Positions 1 to 12,000 of a DNA stretch of 64,000 nt are shown piece after piece (within the stretch, counting starts at the first letter, position 1; the number at the start of each line of letters is the position of its first letter). The DNA is from a virus. Lineage: Duplodnaviria; Caudoviricetes. A program made the translations under genes and the position numbers. The stretch lies in the IMG/VR virus record IMGVR_UViG_3300014720_002243, positions 20,700-84,699 of that record. One strand, written 5' to 3'. Under the pieces are notes generated by a model, which saw nothing but the letters and a program-made list of their open reading frames with translations, had not been told where the DNA came from and searched no databases.

Positions 1-3000
1 TAAATATTGTTTAGGATCTAAAAATGGTTTTACACTATTAAGAAAGTCAGATCCGGTGATACTGTCAGATAAAGACCAAACAAAATTTTCTATATTATTA
101 GTATCTATGTTTTTAATTGGAAAATCAGAACCAATATTTGTGGCATTTTTAAACCTAGGATTAGTTTTGATTTTAGAAGCATCAAAAGACCTCTTACTCC
201 ACACATAAAGATCTGTTAGCTTACTGAGATCTATTCTATCTCCTTTTACAGATGATAAATTGGCTACTTCGTCTTGATCAAGAATATCTCTATTAAATTT
301 AGCTTTTTCTATTAAACCTTTAGAAATATCACTAAGAGCATTCTGATAAAGAGCATATTGATTGGAATAGATAGTCTCTGGACCAAAACTATCCTTCTCT
401 AAATCTTCGAAGTCCGATCTAATTAGTTGTAAAAATTCTAAATTTTCACTAATACTATCTCTAGATGTTCTATATATTTTAGATGGTGGCAATACTGATA
501 GATTTTTTTGTCCAGATCTTGAGGATCTACTAGCTATATCGACAGTAAAGCCGCCCGCTCCATAAATAGGTAATCCTGGATCCCCTGTTGTTATTTGCAG
601 ATTATTTACATCAAATCCAACTGGCATACCAGATCTATTCAAAGCAGATATTTTTTGATTAACTACTGGATCACTGGTGCCAGGAACCAAGAATAGAGCT
701 TTTTCACCAAAACCTTTGGTATATTCTAACTTATTAAGATCAGCTTTAGCCTTAGTAAATATAGCATTATCTATACCTCCACCAAAATCGATAACGGATT
801 TACCTTCCTTGTACCATATGGGTAATTGACTAGACAAGGCTTCTGTATATTTTTGTTGATTATATATTTGATATGTGTTAAGATCTAAATTCTGAAGAAC
901 GCTATCTATCACTGGTTTTAATCTTAAGGCTTCCGCTGCTTCTCTCTCTTCTAAGAATCTTTCTTTAATAGTTCCTATATTTTTGAATAGGGCTTCTGGT
1001 ATAGCTGGTCCTAACTGAGAAACCTGTACATTGTTTGGTGCGTTATCTGCTAAAACAGTACCATTTAGAGCCATCTTATATCTTGGATAAAAACCAATAC
1101 CAACAGAAGTTGCAGAAACTCCATCATTAATAAAGTTTTCAAATGTTTTATAGTTTTCTGAAGATGTAGCACCTAACGGGAATGCATCAGGACCAACAGC
1201 ATTTAATCCTAATGGTATTATACTAGGATTATTTGTTAATTTCATAAGTCTTACAGTATTTGCGTCTCTCAAAGTTTCTGTTAACTGTCCAGGATCAAAG
1301 TGTCTATTTTTACTAAAATTTTTGTTTCTTTTACCAGCAGCATCTGGTGGATTCTGATAAAAATCACTCGATAAACCAAAATTCTTTGTTTCTGCTTCTG
1401 AACTAGCAGAGGTAAAACCAGTTTCATTTTTCAATAAACTAGATACATAACCGCCAGTAGCATAATATTTTACCTTTCCTCCTCTAGCATAAGTATTAGT
1501 ATTAATCGCATTTAATACTGATCCATATTTTTGTGTTGCTGATTTATTGACAACAAATTCTCCAGGAGTCAACATAGCAGGAACAGTATCTGTTCCTTTT
1601 GGCTGGAATATCGAGCCACCGATATTTCTATAAACCACACCACCACTAGAAAGACCAGCGGCTGGGGTCTGTTTAGATAGTATCTCTTCTATCTTTTGCA
1701 GATGAGATACCTGGGCTTCTTCAAATTTAACCAGAGTATCTGTTATGGCGTTTTTAAATGCTTCTTCTGAACTTTGTTTAAGATTTTGAGCAAAATTTGT
1801 GTTCAATTCAGCGAGCAACTCATTGGCCTTAGACTGAATCTTTATTCCTTCTTTATATTGCTCTACTAATTGGGACATCTCCGAATTATTTTCTGGATTT
1901 CTAAGAGACTTAATAACCTCATTAAACATAGGTGTCATTCCTATGCCAGCCTCTTGTAGCATAGTCTCTAAAACATTAGCCTTAATTGTATTCTGCTCTC
2001 TTGTATCTCCTAAGAAAGGAGCCAGCATATTAAATGCTTCGAGAGTATCTCTTCTATCCTGAGCTATAGCTTGATCAGCAGCCAAAACTGGATTATCGCT
2101 ATCTCTCATTGCCTCAAACACATTTCTTGAAGCGAAAGGATCATTAACCATACCCCTCATATTATTATCTAGTCTCTCAAAAGCAGAAGATAGTTTAAAA
2201 TTATCTTCTCTTGTTGACGTTAAGTATCTTTCTATTATATTTTGTCCAGCTTGAGTTTTTGCTTGAACCTCTGATATCTTTTCTAATGCTGCGGATGCTT
2301 GTTCGCTATTGGCCGCTAGATCTTCTAATGCTTTTTGATTATCTCTTAAGGATCTTGTGGTTCTAGATAATTGATCAGTAAAACCTAATACATCTCTAGC
2401 TCCTGACCTTCCTCTGTCTTGGGCTGATTGTAATTGGTTTTGTTGAAATGCTCTTCTATTTTCTAATCTATTAATATTGTCTAATATACCTTCAGGCGAT
2501 GCTGGTCCCCCTGTCTGGTTACGAATAGTTGTGTCTCTAAAACTTTGTATAGCATTTACATCAATACTGGAACCAAAAGTTCTGCTTAATTGTGAGGCGC
2601 TATTGAATCTAATCTCACTAGCTTTTCTTAGTAAATCGCCGGCTTGTACTAAAAGTTCTACTGAAGTATTGGTCTTATCAACTAGAATACCAACTTTTTG
2701 AGCATAGTCTTCCAAAGCCTTAATGGCAATATCTTGTGCTCCCTTGAGAGCGTCTATAGAATCTTTTAATTGTGGAATAGCTTCTTCTAGATCTCTAAAA
2801 TCTACCTTGTCATCTCCACTCTTTCTTCTTTTTTCTAATTCTATGGCTATTTGTTGACCAAGCTTATCACTTAAATCTTGAGGTAATGACGACTCCGTGA
2901 GTTCTGCTCTAACGCTTTTTCTGATAGCAGCAGCTATTGCCTCATCCGTTGTTGATCCGGGCAACGTTTGTGCTGCTTGTATAGATGCTAACACAGCAGA

Positions 3001-6000
3001 TTCTATTTTTGGTCCAATATTAATTAATTCTCTAATTGTACCACTTTCTGAACCAAAGAAAGAACCGGCAACACTAGCAGCTTGTGCTCTCTCTTCATTC
3101 GTCGAAGCTCTGGGATTTCTGATAATATTAGATGTTTCACTCTTAAAAACACCTATTCTAGCTTGACCTTTAACCGAGGCTTCGGCTAGTTCTACAGAAG
3201 TGTTAAAGTTTTCTAGAGCTACAGAACTTCTATTGATAGCTTCATCCATATTTGCAAACATATTTTTCAAACTTCTGGTATAAGCTTTTGTAGCATTATC
3301 TAGATCTATTAATCCTTTTTGTCTTAGCCATATCTGCTCTTGTTGCCTTAACTGTGCTGATGCTTCTATCTGTAAAGCCTCTTCTATTCTTGCTTTCTTA
3401 ACATCCTCAGTCAGTGTTGCATCAGACTGAATGCCCCTGATAATTGCTTCCACCTCAGCATTTGATCTAGCCAAAACTTGTCTTTGAGCATTCCACTCCG
3501 GCCTTCTCATAATATCTTCGCTAGTTTCGCCGGTTGTAAATCTTTGATTAAAAACTTCTAATATAGAGCTTCTGCTTCTACCAAGCAGCAATGAGCTTTC
3601 CTCGGCTGTTGTTCCAGATGTTCTATCTGCACCGAGCGATTGAGCAATAGCCGCTGCTACTGTTCCACCTATAGCTGCCCCTATAGCTGTTCCTAATCCG
3701 GGAGCAATAAAAGTACCTATTGCGCCACCAGCTATGGCTCCGGCACCCAAAGAAGTGCCTGTTGCCATACCAAAGCGTCTATCTCCAGCACTTCTAGCAT
3801 TAGCTTCATTAATAGCTGCAATGCCAGCTGATGTCGCAAAAGTATTGGCTAGTTCAAGAGTTGCTCTATCTTGAACCTTGGAATATTTTTCTAAAGCTTC
3901 TGCTGACTTGGTTAATGCTCTCTCTTGCTGTTTTTGAGCTTCTTCTATTCTACTTTCTTTAAGAGCATTACTATAATCTATAAATGTCTGTGTAAGGGCT
4001 ACAGCCGCCGCAGTTCCGGCTCCAAAAGCTGTTGCTATTCCTCCAACTGTAGATGATCCAAAAATACCTCTAATCTGCTGATTAAAAAATCTGTTTAAGC
4101 TAACTGTATTTATACTTTGTGCAAATTGACCAAGAATCCTCTGTCCGAATCTAGAATCTGCAAAATTACCAATAGCTCTTATAGCTTGAGCAGCTTGGTA
4201 GAAACTTCCTGTTACGGAACCCACAGAAAAAGCTAATCCACTTAATGTTTTTCCTGCTACTGTCGTAGATCCAGCAAATCTTGATGTTGTTTCTATAGCT
4301 GTAGCTAAAGCTCCACCAAATATATTAGCTCTAGTTGATAATTGCTCAATAGATCTATTAAATACAGACGAAGAGAATCTTTGATATCTTTCTTGTATAT
4401 TGGGGTCGTTTTCTCTAGTATTTCTTCTTATCCTTCTACTAACAGGATTATAATCAATACCAGATGGTAAAGTTGCTGAGTAAGGATTAGGAGCACCAGA
4501 ACCCGACATAAAAGCAAATGTTCTCTGACCACCCGGACCTGTAGGACCAGAAGGTGTTGGAGGAGCCATAAAAGGAAATGTTGTTTGAGTATTTGCATCT
4601 GTTTGGGCTTTGGTGGCATCTGTTTGGGCTTTAGTGGCTTCTATTTGCTCCATAATGCGAGCACCCAAATCTTTAAGATCAGCAGAAGATAATCTTTCTC
4701 CCGTAGTAGCGTTTCTGCCACCAGTAGCCTCCCAAGCTAAATGTCTTTGTACTATCTCTTTTTGAAGCTGTGCATCATTTAAAGGATTAGCTAAACGATA
4801 TCTATCGCTGCTTTCTCTTGGATTTTTTTCCATATGCAATTGTTTACCAATATCCCACGCTGCCCAAGATTCGCTCTTGCCCCATTTACTGATAGCTATA
4901 CCAGCGGCTCTAGCCGCATCCTCCATTTCTTTTCTAAGCTTTTCAATTAGAGCATTTACTTTTATTGGGTCTTCGCCAGCTAATGCTTTAGCGTATAATT
5001 GTCCTCTATCATTAACCCCTCTGGATGGACCAATATCGCTATAATCTAATCTACTATAATAATCTTCTGGTTTAACGACTGGTTTTGGATATATTTCGCT
5101 TCCTACACCTCCTACACTCCTAGCCATAGCTTGCATTACGTCTTTAGCATCAGAGGCTCCTGACTCGAAAACTTTTCTACCGGCTCTTGCTTTTTCAACG
5201 TCTTCATAATATTCTTTACCCGGACCTTTATAACTTGAGCTAGAACGTATAGTGTCTAACTCTATAACGTCTAACTTACGAATTCCGGCTCCTAAAATTT
5301 TTCTAATTCCTTCTACTACTTCTGGTCCTAAATTATCAATATTTTTTTGAGCAAATACTAGTTGTTGTCTAAGTTTTAAATTTATATCGTCAAAAGTATC
5401 ACCTGTATTTAAAGATATAGAAGCGGAGTCTAGGGACTTCTCTATAATATTTTTAATACCTTCTGGCATCTTTTGAAAGACTTCCCATGTAGCTGCTATA
5501 ATCTCGTTTAATTGAGCTTCAGAAGCAACATTGCCACCAACATTAAATCTTTGTATTCCTCCTACAGGACCACCTTTATTATATCCTTGTAATTTGTCTG
5601 CTTGATTTAGTCTGTTAAGCTTACCGTATCCTATACTTTGAGCAGCTTTCTTATTGATAACAAACTCACCCGGGGTTAATAATGCTGGAACAGTATCTTC
5701 TGGTGAGCCTCCATTTGCAAATCTTCTAATCGAACCACCCATGGCAGCTCTCTGAAAGTATTGCAGAGCCATGGCTCTACTATCTTGTTTTCTGTTTGTT
5801 TTTATAACAGCGCTTGGATCATTGATTAAAGAAGGAGATTTGCTATAACCGCTTTGTAATATCCATGCTGGATCATTGGCTGGGGGCCATGTTTCTTCTC
5901 TTCCATATAGTTTAGGATCAATATCTGCTTGATTTCTTGTCCAATCATCTGGTTTTAATGGTGTTTTTTTAACATCTCCTCTATTTTTAAAATAATATTC

Positions 6001-9000
6001 CCATACTCTTTTGGCATCGCCACTAACGCTACTTCTATCTGAAGTTAACATAGCTCCTTTTTCAGTAGCTGCTTCCATTACAACATCATATAATCTTGGC
6101 CCATAACCACTAGTAGCTTTGGATAAACCAACGTAATATAGATAATCTCTCATTTTATATGCATTGACATATCCAGATCTATCATCATTACTCTTAAGAT
6201 ACCCTGCACTAATAGTATTTCCATCTTCAGTGATGCTTATCTTACCATAATTTTTAGAGGGCTTGTCTAAAGTAGCGGTGCCTCCATCAGCAAATTTAGT
6301 GGCTTGTAAGAATTCAGATAACGCTTGTTGTTCTGCTGTAACTCTTTGATTGGCCACAGAAGAATCTGCCACGGCATCTAAAGCGGCAAATTTAGCTCCT
6401 TTAACGCGTTTCTTTTGAGAAGCGAACAGTCTAAGCTTTTCCTCAAAATCTTTATCGCTTAATCCCATAAATTTAGCTATTTTTTTCTGTTCTTCAAATT
6501 CTGATTGTGATAATCCATACTTCTTAGCAAGAGGGTCAACTTTACCTCCCCAGAAATAACCTTGTGGCATGGTACTAGCGAAATTAGCATTTAATCCTGA
6601 TGAATAAAATATATCAGAAAGTAATTTTTGTGCTGCTGTATTTTTTTCTAAAACAATCATGTCTAATAAAGAAGGTATTATCTCATTAGCTCCTAATGTA
6701 GATGATATTTCTTTATCTAAAGATTTTATTGTTTCTGATGATTTATATTTTTCTGGTAATATCGTAGTTAATCCTCTAAAAGAAGAACTACCTGTTTTTG
6801 GATCAGTAAACATTTTTTCAGGCTGATATGTTCCTAATAAACTTTTACTAAGTTTAGATTTAGTATATATTTCTAAGTATCTATCTTTATTAGCTAAAGA
6901 CTGTTGTAGTAGATTGTCAAAGATTTGAGGATGATTTAAAGCTAAAAATCCCTGAATAGTATGGAAAGCTTCATGCGGTAAAAGACTCTCGGCGCCAGGA
7001 CCGAGAGTAATTGAATTTTTGGTTTGACTAAGCTTTTCTATAGCAAATTTTTCTAACTCTGAATATTCTGATTCTGTGAATTTACTTTTATTTTTACGCA
7101 AAGAATTTATCAAAACTGAGTAATTTGTACCTTTGGTATATCCAAAATTAGCATTAGGAATCATAAATTTTAAGGCTTTTAGAAACATAGAATTATTTCT
7201 ATTAATATCAACATTTGTACCGACTAAAAATCCATCATCAGCAATATACTCAGCCGGCATTATACTTTTAATAATGTCTTTATATTTTACTAATAAATCA
7301 TCTACTTTTCCACCTTTAGCAAACTGTTGTACCAGATCCCCTTCCGGTTCTGGTACTCCATAAACTCCTCTAAAGTATCTTTGAAATTCCTCCATAGCCT
7401 TAGCTCTAGATGTAGAGTCAATCGTTCTCTTAGCTTCTGTTGGTATATTGGCATCTATACCAAAAACTTTACCAGCTACTTCTCCTATTCCACTTGGAAA
7501 GTCTATAGCTCGTGTTCTAACAGCATCGTCTAGCACATCTGCTCCTAGAGTAGCTAATAATTGTTCAAAAATACCACCCTCTATATTTCCTTGATTAAGC
7601 ACTTCTCTCTTTTTAAGATCTAGACTTTTTAATGATCCTGGTTCTCCCATCATTCCAGCAGCTGTCTGAACTATACTGCCGGTTTGCTCACTAATATAAT
7701 CAGCTACAGCTTTATACTTAGCTGGTAACACTCTTTCCATAATTGTAGCAGATACCGAGACCGGTTCTCCTGCTGTGTTATTACCCAAGTTCCAAGTCAA
7801 TGGGCCTTGTAAACCATTTTTACCTCTAAGGCCAACAATAGCTAACATTTGTGTTTGGGCTATTTGTTGAGCTGTGCTTTCTAATAATGATTGTTGTGAT
7901 CCACTCTTTTGTTTATTAAATAAATCTATAACATAGTCTCTAGTAGCCGCATATGTGGATACGTCTTCTTCTGTAAGACCAGTAATTTCGCCGGGTCTTC
8001 TCATGAATGTCTTATAGTCGCTAAACCAATAAGGAAGATTAGTTTTTACTTTCTTTCCTAGTTTAAGATGATCATACAACGATCTACCAGCAAATTTACC
8101 AAATCTATCCTCGTTAGGAATAACACTATTCCCTAGAGCTTTTAGAACTTCTTGATTAGAAGCTGGTAATAATCCAGATCCTCTAGAAGCTGTTTCTTTT
8201 TGAACTCTAGCTAATATTGATTCTTGAATTGGAGAAAGTGTCTCAGCGGAACCTATGGACGGGAAAGAATCTCTCATACTTTCCGTAACTTGCCCCATCA
8301 TTATATCTCTATCTATATCCTGGGCTGCTGCGGATACGGATGCTGTCCTATTGGGATCTAAAGCATACATTTCAGGATATTGAGAAGATAAAGCTTGAAT
8401 AACATTGTATGCTCTATATCCAAAAGCTCCGCGAGCCATCATATCTCTTTGAGACCTGATTTGCCTTACCTGCTCCGCCACCTCTGGAGCATTTTCTCTG
8501 AGTTTAGCGCTAACATTCTTGTATGGACCTCCGGGAGCTGACTCCAATAATCTCTGCACTTCCGCATTAGAATTAGCTTTTTCTACTTCTACTACTTCTT
8601 TTATTTTTTCCAAAAGCATAGGAACCATCATACTTCGATTACGAAGCTGTGTTCTATTACCCATTAAGATAGAAGCAATGCTTGGGTCTAGATACTCTTG
8701 AAGTAAAGCATCATCTCCTTTGAATAGTGCATCTCTAACCTTTGTAGCACTAATATCTTCTATACGAGGAATATCTTCTACCTGAATTCCTGCTCTTTGA
8801 TATTTGCCAAGTACTCCTTCTTCTTTACCGGATGTAACAGCCATAGCTCCTTTTAATCTAGCAAAACGTCTTCTACCTCCTGAGCCAGCGACCTCCATAA
8901 ACTTAGGCAAAGATCCGGGAGGCTGATCTTGAGTACTAATCATCGCTCCACCGAAATTTATCTGACTCAATAAAGCCCTAAAATCTGATGGGAAAATACC

Positions 9001-12000
9001 GTATCTTGCTGAATGCTCAATACCTTCTGATCCTTCAGTCATCGGAAGATTAGGAGCAACACTAACAACTATATCTTCTATAGAAGCATCGGGGTTTTGC
9101 TTTATCATTCGAGCTAACAAACTATTTAATGCTCCTCTATGACCTCTTGTTGGAGGAGCAAATCCACCAGTATAAAAACCTCCCGCTTGTACAATCTCTG
9201 GTAATTCACTTTCTCTTTTTCTTCTTAAACCATATGAACCATCTTTTCTTCCAAGAACCATCGCTCTAGAGCCCAATTCTTCTCTTAGAACAGTTTCGTC
9301 CAAGGCAAAATCAGTCGTTGCTCCTCTTGTGGTTCCAGGTTTACGCCCGTATAACCCTTGCCCAGTAGCGTCTCTTCTTTCTTTATTCGCTTCTATTTGT
9401 TGTCTTTCTTGAGCAGAAGACGACGATAGTACATAGGCTCGGTCTACATCTCTAAGGTAAGCATCTAGTTTAGAGTCACTAGCTGTTGATGTTAAAACTA
9501 GCACTTCATCGACGTTGGCTATATCTTGTGGCGTTAGTATTTGAGAACGGGTAGTTTTTCTTAAACTTGCATCGTCTGTTGCTCCCACTCCTGTTGCCAA
9601 ACTGCTTTTACCGCTACCAGCAGCTCCAGCGATGGCTCTTAATCTTAAAAGAGATCCAGATTTTCTCGCAGTCGCTGCTCTTTTGGCTAACTCTATACTA
9701 TACGCACTAGTATCTGTTAATCCTAATTTCTCCATTTCTGCTGAAACAGTATCTCTATTGTTTGGATCTCTTAAAACATCTGTATCTATAATTCCAACTC
9801 TTCTTAATGCTACTTGTTTTAATCCTGCTAATCCTCCTACTGCAAATTTTTGTATTAATCCACCTAGGTTAAATCTAGGCTTTCCTTTTCTCTTTTTTAC
9901 ATCTCTCCCCCACTCCCACATTGGTCCAAAACTATCTCCTTCAATATCTTCAATATTATCTTCGCTTAAATGTTTATCTATATAAGTTTTAGATAATACC
10001 ATTCCATCAATAATTGTGGGTTTACCTTTTTTATCATATCCCATATTAGATCCATGAGCGTCTATCCAATATAAACCTCTTTCTGCTAGCTTACCTTGTA
10101 ATAGTTCAGCGTCTCTCATTCCTTTGTCAGTATCATCTGTTTTAACTTTATCTTGTAAAGCAGCAGTTAATTTTCCAAATTGCTGGACTTTTCTATATCC
10201 AGATACATGTTCCAGCCCTTTTGGTAGTTGATAGTTCCCTATTTCTGCTACTTGTTTCTTTTTAAATCCAATATCTTTAGCTATTTGTTGAATGCCAAAA
10301 CCTGTGCGAGAAATTTTTAGTATTTTGTTACCTATATCGAATGCGACATTTTCTCCTCCTGATCCTATAACCTTAGCCGAACTGACACCGTAAGCTTTTT
10401 CTATTTTATCTAATATACTAGACAATCCTTGTATTTTTAAAATATCCGATAAAGAATAGTAGTCATATCTACCGCCCTTATATCCTTTTAGTGCGGACAT
10501 TAGTAGTCCTTGTGTTGTAGTTTTGCCTCCTTTAGCAAATTTTTGTATTAGTCCACCAAAATTTCTACGATTAACTATTGCTTTATTTTGAGGATATAAT
10601 TCAAGATATTTATCTTTAGACAGTTCAGATTCTTTCTTTCCTCCTTCGTATTGATATCCTAATCCCTTAGACAGTAGGGTATTTTTAAGTTGATCATTAG
10701 CAAAAAATGGACGACCATATTTATCTTTACCTCCACCAGTTCTTCTATATCCTTCTTTAAAGTCTTCTGTTACGTCCTGATTTGATCTGTAAAAATTTTC
10801 TGTTTCTTGTTTAGCTGCTGCTGCAAGATTTCTTCTCCATTTTGGTCCTGAGTTTAATTCGTATGTATCTATACCTAATAGTCTACTGCTACTATTATAT
10901 GATTCAGATTTTGGCGTAAATTGAATATTTAAACTATCTCCGTCCCTGACTATCTGATTAATTACTTTCTGTGGCTCAGGAGCCCTGCCTCCACCAGCAA
11001 ATCTTTTTCTTCTACTAGCTGACCCTGCTCTTATACTTCCACCACCACCATACTTATTCATTCTTTGTAAGTTTCCAGCACCAATAGTTTCAACAGCTTT
11101 CTTTCGTATAACGAATTCACCGGGCTGTAACATTGCTGGCACAGTGTCGCTGTTACCTACTCCGGGAACAACACCCCCTCTAGCAAAAGCTCTTACTACT
11201 CCGCCACTATTTATAGTTTGTGGGCCAGTTCTTCTATTATTAGTAATACTAGAATTAAGCTGCTGTACAGCTGATGTTAATGATTGTAAAGCGTTGGTAT
11301 TTGTTGAAAGAGCCCTAGTATTATTAACCGCTGCTGCTGCATTTTGCTGATTTCTAGCTCCGCTTAAAGCTTGTCCTGCATTTTGACCAACTGATCCTGG
11401 AGATTGTCTAGCAAAGCCACCTAAAAAACCACTCCCAAATTGAAATAATGCTTCAGAACCTTTAACCGCTGCGATAGAGGTTAAAATAGGTAATAATGGT
11501 TTAGCTACAGAAGCAACCTTAATAAAGGTATTTGCTAAGGTTAATCCTACATTAACTAAAGATCTAAAACTATCACTATTACCAACATCTCTAATTAATG
11601 CTACGAAATTTTCTCTAGTTTTTACAAACTGTATGGATAGCGAAGCTTGGGCTTTGGCCGCATCGGTTGCTAATGATCCTTGTCCCGCATAAGCTACTTT
11701 TAAGGCTTCCTGTGAAGTTGCAAACTGTTGAATTAAAGGCAACACCTTACCTATTTGACGAAAACCTCCAAGTTCTTCAACTATAGAACTAAATTTCAAA
11801 TCTCTAGGATCTAAACGCCCTAATCCTTGAGCTAATAATTCAACAGCTCTATATGCTCCTACGAATTTACCTTCTACGTCGATTAATGTAACCCCATACT
11901 CTTTAAGAGCTTCAATGGTATCCGCTCTTTGAATACGCGTAAAAATTGTTCTTAAACCTGTTGCAATAGTTTCTGCGCTTTCACGAGTGGTGGCTCTAAC

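Noticed and set aside
4595-4636. 21-bp tandem duplication in the tape measure gene
   Set aside because: A simple in-frame 7-aa duplication in a low-complexity linker.
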